A stretch of 57,317 bases of DNA from an uncultured Defluviitaleaceae bacterium (GTDB lineage Bacteria; Bacillota; Clostridia; Lachnospirales; WRBF01), in assembly GCA_964392115.1 (NCBI GenBank), contig CAYMOU010000002.1:1-57317 (forward strand), in the 5' to 3' direction. The notes under the pieces were generated by a model. It was not told the DNA's origin. It ran no database searches and saw only the letters and a list, made by a program, of their open reading frames with translations. Below are positions 50,538-57,317 of this stretch, in pieces (position 1 is the stretch's first letter; every line of letters begins with the position of its first letter). The translations under genes were made by a program, and so were the position numbers.

Positions 50538-50953
50538 AAGGCTTCAACTGTTTTTTTCAGAAGCATCACTGTAGCGGGCACATCAGAAAACACTTGTTTT
50601 AAAAATCCTACTTTTTCGTCTGTTACGCTGTCGCTTTCCAAACGTGCCGTGTGCTTAACGCATACGGCTCCGTTTGCTTCTTCCGTAATTTCATGGCCAA
50701 AACAAATGCTTCCGAAAGGTGTTTCGGATTTGTTCCAAAATTCCTGTTGGTCTGTTACTAAAGTCAGCGAATATTTCATTGGCGGCATTCCGTTAAACTC
50801 CATAATTCCGCCGGAACCTGTCTTAAAGCCATGGTCTAAAGTTATATTTTTCAAATTTTTTTCCCAAACATACCATTTTTCTATGTCTGAATAAAAACCC
50901 CAAACCTTTTCTTTTGTTGCATTAATTTGTATTTTAAAGCTGAATTCCATCAT
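50534..50953 (-). CDS. SRPBCC/polyketide cyclase family protein
   Basis: INATKEKVW..DIEKW.VW. Confidence 0.8.
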   Translation of the reverse strand: MMEFSFKIQINATKEKVWGFYSDIEKWYVWEKNLKNITLDHGFKTGSGGIMEFNGMPPMKYSLTLVTDQQEFWNKSETPFGSICFGHEITEEANGAVCVKHTARLESDSVTDEKVGFLKQVFSDVPATVMLLKKTVEAL

Positions 50954-51199
50954 AATTATTACCTCCGTTTGCGAATATTAAGTTGTATCATGCTTATGAC
51001 ACCTATTATAAGTATATATATAATAAGTGTCAATATAAATTTTTCCCAATACTTATAGCCTGTAGTTTATTTTGCAAGCAAAGCCTTCCCGGATAATGGA
51101 CATTAATAGCCGAATATGGTACTATAGATACTGTTATGTCGAAACCGCTATACTCTTTCGACTATTACTGTAAACCACACATTGCGGGAGGACTACAAC

Positions 51200-54100
51200 G
51201 TGAGTAAAGAAGCAGTTTGGCAAATACTTGGTATAGATGAAACAAAGGATAAAGATAAAATTAAGCAGGCATATAGAGAAAAGTTAATCCATGTTAATCC
51301 GGAGGACGACCCGGAAGGATTTATGAGACTAAGACAAGCCTTTGAGGAGGCTAATCGCCTTGCGGATGAAGAAAGTACCGAACCGGAAGCGAAAACACCG
51401 GTGGAATTGTGGATAAATGAAGCGGAAGCCATTTATAAATCCATACATAAGCGACTAAATATAGATTGTTGGCGAGAGTTGTTGGATAGGGATATCTGCC
51501 TGGATTTGGATACGGAATCGCAAATCAAAGCTGCTTTGACCGTATTTTTAATGAGTAATTATAAATTTACGTCAGAGATTTGGTTTTTGTTAGAGGAACG
51601 ATTTGACTTCGAAAAAAGCCAAGAAGAACTCTATGAACACTTCCCAACAAACTTTGTAGACTTTCTTTTGTACAAAGTGAAATCCGGAGAGGAATTCATG
51701 AGGTTCGATTATTTCCGTGGAGACGAATTCGCCGATTATGACGGGTTTATCGACAGTTATTATGCTATAAAGAAAAAGGTTGATACCGGCGACTTAGAAG
51801 AAATTCAAGCGGATTTTGATGCGTTGGATAAATACGAAATTTTTCACCCTTTTGTTTACGTAGAGAAGCTTAGGCTTTGTTTGAAAGATAAAAAAATTGC
51901 CGAAGCCGGGGAAATCATAACCCATCTTCAAGATAAGTCCTACGATGACAGTTATGTTTTGTTTTATTTGGGCGAATATAAATGGGAAACCGGAGAATAT
52001 GAGCAAGCCTTTGATTTGTATTGCAAAGTCAGAGAATTGTCTCCCAATTTTTATGCCGCAAAAATAGGTGTGGGAAAATATTATTTTCACACAGGAGAAT
52101 ACGAAAAGGCAAAGGAACTGTTGTTGGAGGTTATGGATACCAACAGCGGTGACGAAGTTGCCCGTAATTTGTTGCTTAATATTAACGAAAAAATTATCGA
52201 TAACATTAAAGACAAGTTAAAATCCCAGCCGGAAAACCAAAGCCTTTGCATAGACATGGGCTGGTGCTTTATACAGAATGAAAGATACGACGAATGTTTG
52301 GATTTGTTTAAGGATTTTAAATGTGACGACGAGAATTTGTTTGATTACAACAATTTAATGGGCAGAACCTATTTTTACATAAAGAAGTATGACGTTGCTC
52401 TATCCTATTTGTTAAAATGGGCCGACGGAATAACCAAATTAACCGACAAGGACAAGGATTGGGAGAAGAAAAAGAAACGCTATCCCGTAGCTCAATATCT
52501 GCTGGGTGTTTCTTACACAGAACTTGCATCAGAAAAAAAGGATACGGACAAGTACGAAAAGGCTCTGGAACATTTCACCAAAGCCGCTGATACAGTAGAA
52601 GATTTTCAGGAAAAGTTACTGTATCTGGAACGGCAAGCCTTTGTAAGCTTAAAATTAAATAAATTCGAAACTTGCGTGGATACCTGTAATGCTATTATAA
52701 ACCTGGAAAAAAATTACTACCCGGCTTATCTGCACAGACAGGAAGCCTATTTTAACCTGAAATACGGTTCCCACGTTATAGAAGATTTCCATAATTGCAT
52801 GAATTTATATCCGTACTATGTAAAGCCTTTTGTCCTTGCGGCTAAGGTTTATTACATATACGGCGAAAACGACAAGGCTATGGAGGTTGTGGAAAAGGCC
52901 AAAGAATACAACCTTTCCGGCAATGATCTGGAATTTTGTTATATAAAGCTTCTTTGGCGTAAGGCAAAAACCAAGGCTGAAACCTTAGAAATTCTTGAAA
53001 AGCTTAAAAAGCTGGAAGAAAACCTAAACAGCCCGGAGAACGACCTTGAAGATAAAGCCGAGGTTTATTACGAAACAGCAAATGCCTATTATTACGTAAA
53101 AGAGTATAAAAATGCTCTGGAAAACATAAACAAGGCTGTAGAATTGGGTGAAAACAGCCGAGACGAATACCTTACCTTCAAGGCAAAGATTCACGTTGAA
53201 CTGGATGAAGGCAGTAAGGCTCTTAATTTATACGATAAACTGCTAAAGAAAAATCCGGACAACAGCTTTGTTAAGGCAGAAAAAGCCGAATATTTAAGAC
53301 GAACCGGTCAAATAGACGATGCACTGGATTTAAGCCTTAGCATAATCGAAGGCTCACCCAACTATGATTATGTAAATGAAATTATCATAGGCATATATAA
53401 AAAGGCCATGTCCCTTTCGGAAGACTTTGATTTCGATACAAACAAAAAATACCATGACGAGGCTGTAGCCGCCGCAACAAGGCTTATTGCCAATTCTCCG
53501 TCTCGTTATGCATATATTGAACGTGGCCTGCTTTACGAGGACAGCAAGCAATACGACTTAGCCTTGGAGGATTACTCGTCAGCAAAAGAACTGGAACCGG
53601 AATCGCCTTATCCCTACAATTGTTTGGGTGATGTTTACAAAAAGAAGGGCGAATACCGTAAGGCCATAGAGGCCTTGGAACAGGCATACATTTACAAAAC
53701 CGAAGACTGCGGTCTTTGGACGGTAAAAGCCTTGGCAGAGTGTTACGAGGGCTTGGGAGAATACGAGAAAGCCCTTGAGTACTACAGCAAGGCAGCCGAT
53801 TTTGATGGCTATTCCATGGGCGATAAAGACAACTACGGCAGAATGTTAACCAAGCTTAGACGTTACGAAGAATCCAATGAACATTACTTTAAAATGCTTA
53901 CCGATGCTGAGGAAAAACACAAGCCGGATATATATTATTCCATAGCCCATAACTATATCTACGACTGCAAGCCGGAAGAGGGCTTGGAATACCTGAAAAA
54001 AATAATGAAAATTAACAGACGTCATTATTTGGCACATATTTGCATGGGTGACTGCTACTATTACGCTTTGAAGGACTATAAAAAAGCCCTGGCGGTTTAT

Positions 54101-54583
54101 CAGCGTCTTTTGCCAAAAATGATGGAAGGATATAAATTTGTACCGAGCAATCATTTGGGATTTAAACAATACATAGCTCTGTCTACGGGTGTAATACGCT
54201 GCTACCGGAAACTGGGCAAAGAAGCTAAGGTAAAGACCGTATTTAAACACGTTCTTGACAATGTGGGTTCCTTTGATGAGTTTATAGACAGTAATCCGGA
54301 TAATTCAATGCTGTTTGCCTTTGAGGTATTTAATTTGTTTTACTACATGGGAGACTATGAAAACGCCGAAAAATACTATATAAAAATGGGTACATACACA
54401 AAATGCACCTATTGCTTGGAACAGGGATGTTACGAGTTTTTATATGCAAAGGCATTAATGCTTCAATCTCAAGGAAAAATCCATGAGGCTATAGAATATC
54501 ACCAAAAGACACTTGATACGGCAATTAACTATTTCGATTGCTTTTACACCTTACAGGAATTGAAAGAAGGGAAAAATAAATGA
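51200..54583 (+). CDS. J-domain-like + TPR repeat protein (DjlC-like co-chaperone)
   Basis: N-terminal WQILGI..IKQAYR..NPEDDPEGF..AFE and many TPRs; GTG start behind GGGAGG; overlaps hscC. Confidence 0.85.
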   Translation: MSKEAVWQILGIDETKDKDKIKQAYREKLIHVNPEDDPEGFMRLRQAFEEANRLADEESTEPEAKTPVELWINEAEAIYKSIHKRLNIDCWRELLDRDICLDLDTESQIKAALTVFLMSNYKFTSEIWFLLEERFDFEKSQEELYEHFPTNFVDFLLYKVKSGEEFMRFDYFRGDEFADYDGFIDSYYAIKKKVDTGDLEEIQADFDALDKYEIFHPFVYVEKLRLCLKDKKIAEAGEIITHLQDKSYDDSYVLFYLGEYKWETGEYEQAFDLYCKVRELSPNFYAAKIGVGKYYFHTGEYEKAKELLLEVMDTNSGDEVARNLLLNINEKIIDNIKDKLKSQPENQSLCIDMGWCFIQNERYDECLDLFKDFKCDDENLFDYNNLMGRTYFYIKKYDVALSYLLKWADGITKLTDKDKDWEKKKKRYPVAQYLLGVSYTELASEKKDTDKYEKALEHFTKAADTVEDFQEKLLYLERQAFVSLKLNKFETCVDTCNAIINLEKNYYPAYLHRQEAYFNLKYGSHVIEDFHNCMNLYPYYVKPFVLAAKVYYIYGENDKAMEVVEKAKEYNLSGNDLEFCYIKLLWRKAKTKAETLEILEKLKKLEENLNSPENDLEDKAEVYYETANAYYYVKEYKNALENINKAVELGENSRDEYLTFKAKIHVELDEGSKALNLYDKLLKKNPDNSFVKAEKAEYLRRTGQIDDALDLSLSIIEGSPNYDYVNEIIIGIYKKAMSLSEDFDFDTNKKYHDEAVAAATRLIANSPSRYAYIERGLLYEDSKQYDLALEDYSSAKELEPESPYPYNCLGDVYKKKGEYRKAIEALEQAYIYKTEDCGLWTVKALAECYEGLGEYEKALEYYSKAADFDGYSMGDKDNYGRMLTKLRRYEESNEHYFKMLTDAEEKHKPDIYYSIAHNYIYDCKPEEGLEYLKKIMKINRRHYLAHICMGDCYYYALKDYKKALAVYQRLLPKMMEGYKFVPSNHLGFKQYIALSTGVIRCYRKLGKEAKVKTVFKHVLDNVGSFDEFIDSNPDNSMLFAFEVFNLFYYMGDYENAEKYYIKMGTYTKCTYCLEQGCYEFLYAKALMLQSQGKIHEAIEYHQKTLDTAINYFDCFYTLQELKEGKNK

Positions 54584-56283
54584 TTATAGGTATAGACTTG
54601 GGTACCACCAACAGCTTGGTAGGTTATTTTGACGACAAAGAGGGTATTCCAAAAATTATTCCCAACAGATTGGGAAAAAACCTTACTCCTTCAGTGGTAA
54701 GCATGGATGAAAACGAAAGAATTTATGTGGGTGAAACCGCAAAAGAAAGACTGCTCCTTTTCCCGGAGCAGTCGGCTTCGGTTTTTAAACGTACCATGGG
54801 TAGCGACCAAAAATACAAACTGGGCAGCAAAGAATTTACCGCCGAAGAATTGTCGTCCTTCGTGTTAAGAAGCCTAAAAGAAGATGCAGAGGTTTTCTTG
54901 GGTCAACCGGTGGAAGAAGCCATTATCAGCGTTCCGGCGTATTTTGACGATGCCAGAAGAAAGGCCACCAAAAGAGCCGGAGAACTTGCCGGGCTTAAAG
55001 TAGAAAGAATAATCAGCGAGCCTACAGCCGCCGCAATTGCCTACGGTCTTTACCATGAAGACCAAAGTTCAAAATTTCTGGTTTTTGACCTAGGCGGAGG
55101 TACCTTTGACGTTTCCGTCTTGGAACTTTTCCATAATATTTTGGAGGTAAGAGCGGTAGCCGGTGATAATTACCTCGGCGGAGAAGATTTTTCCGAGGTA
55201 CTGGAGAAAATTTTCTGCAAAAAAACCGGCACGCTTATGGAAAGCCTTGACACCAAAACCCGTCACCATATGAGAGAACAGGTAGAAAAATGCAAATGTT
55301 CTTTTTATGACGGCCCCAAAGGAAAAATTTCCTGCAATATTAACGGACAATTAACCGAATGTACCGTTGATATAAAAGAATACGAAGAAGCAAGCAAGCC
55401 TCTGTTTGAAAAAATCCGACTTCCCATAAAAAGAAGTATTTCCGATGCTAATATTTCGCTTGCTGAAATTAACAAAGTTGTTCTTATAGGCGGTGCAACC
55501 AAACTGCCGCTTGTTAGAGATTTTGTCAGCAAATTGTTTAAACGTTTTCCTGCTTTTAATATTAATCCGGACGAAGCCGTTTGCTTGGGTGCGGCTATTC
55601 AGGGTGCAATGAAGGAAAGAAATCAGGCAATCAAAGAAGTTATCTTAACAGACGTTTGCCCTTATACCTTAGGCACAGAAGTTGTAGAGTTAAGAAACGG
55701 AAACCGCATGGAAAGCGGACATTTTTACCCCATAATCGAGCGTAACACCGTTATACCTGCCAGCCGAACCGAGCGACTTTACACGGTTCACGAAAATCAA
55801 AACAAAATTCGTGTAAACATTCTTCAAGGAGAAAGCCGCTTTGCCAAAAACAACATCTCCTTGGGCGAACTGACGGTAGACGTACCAACGGGAAAAGCCG
55901 GCGAACAAGCCATAGATGTAACTTATACCTACGACATTAACTCTATTTTGGAGGTAAGCGTAAAGGTAATTTCAACGGATAAAGTTGTAAAACACATTAT
56001 CAAGGGTCGCAACGTTGACATGACCGACGAGGAAATACAAGAACGCATCGAGGAGCTTTCTTATCTCAAAATTCATCCCAGAGACCAAGAAGAAAACAAA
56101 CTGCTCCTGCTTAAAGGAGAGCGTTTATACGAAGAAAGCATAGGCATAATGCGAATCACCATAGAAAGAGAACTGGAAAAGTTCGAAGACGCTCTTACAT
56201 CTCACGATAATGCAAGAATATCAGCTGCAAGGACTGTGTTTAAGACCTTTCTGGACGAGATACAAGAAATAATGAATGACTGA
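54580..56283 (+). CDS. hscC: Hsp70-family chaperone HscC
   Basis: GIDLGTTNS, VFDLGGGTFDVS, short 567-aa form with KIHPRDQ C-terminus. Confidence 0.88.
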   Translation: MIIGIDLGTTNSLVGYFDDKEGIPKIIPNRLGKNLTPSVVSMDENERIYVGETAKERLLLFPEQSASVFKRTMGSDQKYKLGSKEFTAEELSSFVLRSLKEDAEVFLGQPVEEAIISVPAYFDDARRKATKRAGELAGLKVERIISEPTAAAIAYGLYHEDQSSKFLVFDLGGGTFDVSVLELFHNILEVRAVAGDNYLGGEDFSEVLEKIFCKKTGTLMESLDTKTRHHMREQVEKCKCSFYDGPKGKISCNINGQLTECTVDIKEYEEASKPLFEKIRLPIKRSISDANISLAEINKVVLIGGATKLPLVRDFVSKLFKRFPAFNINPDEAVCLGAAIQGAMKERNQAIKEVILTDVCPYTLGTEVVELRNGNRMESGHFYPIIERNTVIPASRTERLYTVHENQNKIRVNILQGESRFAKNNISLGELTVDVPTGKAGEQAIDVTYTYDINSILEVSVKVISTDKVVKHIIKGRNVDMTDEEIQERIEELSYLKIHPRDQEENKLLLLKGERLYEESIGIMRITIERELEKFEDALTSHDNARISAARTVFKTFLDEIQEIMND

Positions 56284-56303
56284 TTTTTAAAAGAATAAAG
56301 GGC

Positions 56304-56340
56304 AAAACCTTGAGGGAGAAAACCTTTTTTCCAAAAAAAG
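56304..56340. repeat. partial REP-like repeat (family 2)
   Basis: AAAACCTTGAGGGAGAAAACCTTTTTT matches the left flank and arm of the 3002 copy. Confidence 0.55.
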
Positions 56341-56353
56341 ACTAACATAAAGT

Positions 56354-56395
56354 ACGAAACAAAGCCATGAGTATTTGCTCATGGCTTTGTTTCGT
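56354..56395. terminator. hairpin between convergent genes
   Basis: ACGAAACAAAGCCATGAG / CTCATGGCTTTGTTTCGT. Confidence 0.8.
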
Positions 56396-56410
56396 GAGTG
56401 AAAACGCTAA

Positions 56411-57133
56411 TCAATCGTTTATAATTTTTTTATTGAATTCCAACAAACGGTGTATTACTTCCTCGATAAAAATAAAGAAAACCACACGGGATTTTTCATA
56501 GGGTGTTAAGCCGGGAGGTTGCTGAGTATCTGTAAGAATAAGAACTTTATCGTAATTTAAGATAACCGAGGTATTGAATTCCTCAATAATCAACAAGAAA
56601 TTACTGCCTTTGCTTTTGGCAAAATTATAAATATCTTGGAACGAAGAAAAGTTACCGGTGGTGGTAAGGATAATGAGTATGCTTTTTTCATCCAGTAGGT
56701 TTTCAGCCGATACCTCGTCCGGTACGGAAATTACCACCTTGTTGGTAACCAAACGCAACTTATATTCAAAATATTGGCAACAAATGTAAGAAGGCCCGTA
56801 GCCGAATAAGATTATCTTCTCATAAGCGTTCATTTCTTCGATAAACCTATCCACCAGTTTAATGTCAAAATCATCCACAAATTTACGGATTCTGTCCAGT
56901 TCGTTGGTGGTGCATTTTTGCGGCAACTCGTTCGTATATACAAAATGCATATATTGCTTGTATGTACCAAAACCCAGTTTTTTTACAAACTTAGAGATCT
57001 TTGATACAGAACAACCGCAGAGCTCCGCCGCCTTGTCTATTTTAATATTTTTATCATCTTTAGCGAAACTTGTTATGGTTTCGTTTATTTTTATTTCCAG
57101 AGGATTAAGATTATTCAAATCAATATTAAGCAT
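56411..57133 (-). CDS. MurR/RpiR family regulator (HTH + SIS)
   Basis: SKISKFVKKLGF, GYGPS. Confidence 0.85.
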   Translation of the reverse strand: MLNIDLNNLNPLEIKINETITSFAKDDKNIKIDKAAELCGCSVSKISKFVKKLGFGTYKQYMHFVYTNELPQKCTTNELDRIRKFVDDFDIKLVDRFIEEMNAYEKIILFGYGPSYICCQYFEYKLRLVTNKVVISVPDEVSAENLLDEKSILIILTTTGNFSSFQDIYNFAKSKGSNFLLIIEEFNTSVILNYDKVLILTDTQQPPGLTPYEKSRVVFFIFIEEVIHRLLEFNKKIIND

Positions 57134-57317
57134 AAGTCCTAAAGGATACTATAAATCCTTTTCTCCTTTTTTGGTTTTTTGTATATTATTACATATTATT
57201 TTGCTTCAAGCAAGAGATATAAAATAAGCTCATTTTGGTAATTGGGCATAACTTTATTAAAAACACCGTATTTCTGCCTATAAACGGGGATTGTTTTATA
57301 GAAAAGAAATTACCGTA

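Overview
Chromosomal segment of a low-GC, probably spore-forming Clostridia-class Firmicute. Most of it is housekeeping: potRABCD polyamine uptake, a GT4/DUF4330 cell-surface locus, metG-tatD, ytfI/ytfJ-like genes, a GlpP-controlled glycerol locus, a two-component system, and a J-domain-TPR/HscC pair. The standout is a compact, apparently intact 13.9-kb siphovirus-type morphogenesis operon (27143-41050; 19 co-oriented genes: terminases, portal, scaffold, capsid, neck, tail, baseplate, holin, endolysin). It has no integrase, excisionase, replication or early genes. It sits directly behind a divergent CI/LexA-type repressor whose 3' end overlaps a host decarboxylase gene. A consensus sigma-A promoter and a palindromic operator lie between them. 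The tape-measure gene is only 352 aa. Host REP-like repeats occur inside the operon, and it is bracketed by two direct copies of a 102-bp MITE-like element. Together these features make it a candidate domesticated gene-transfer-agent (GTA) or PBSX-like system. Hidden recoding was also seen: a probable +1 (or -2) frameshift in the tail chaperone and an ATA-initiated baseplate gene. Products are assigned by motif recognition only; no database searches were run.
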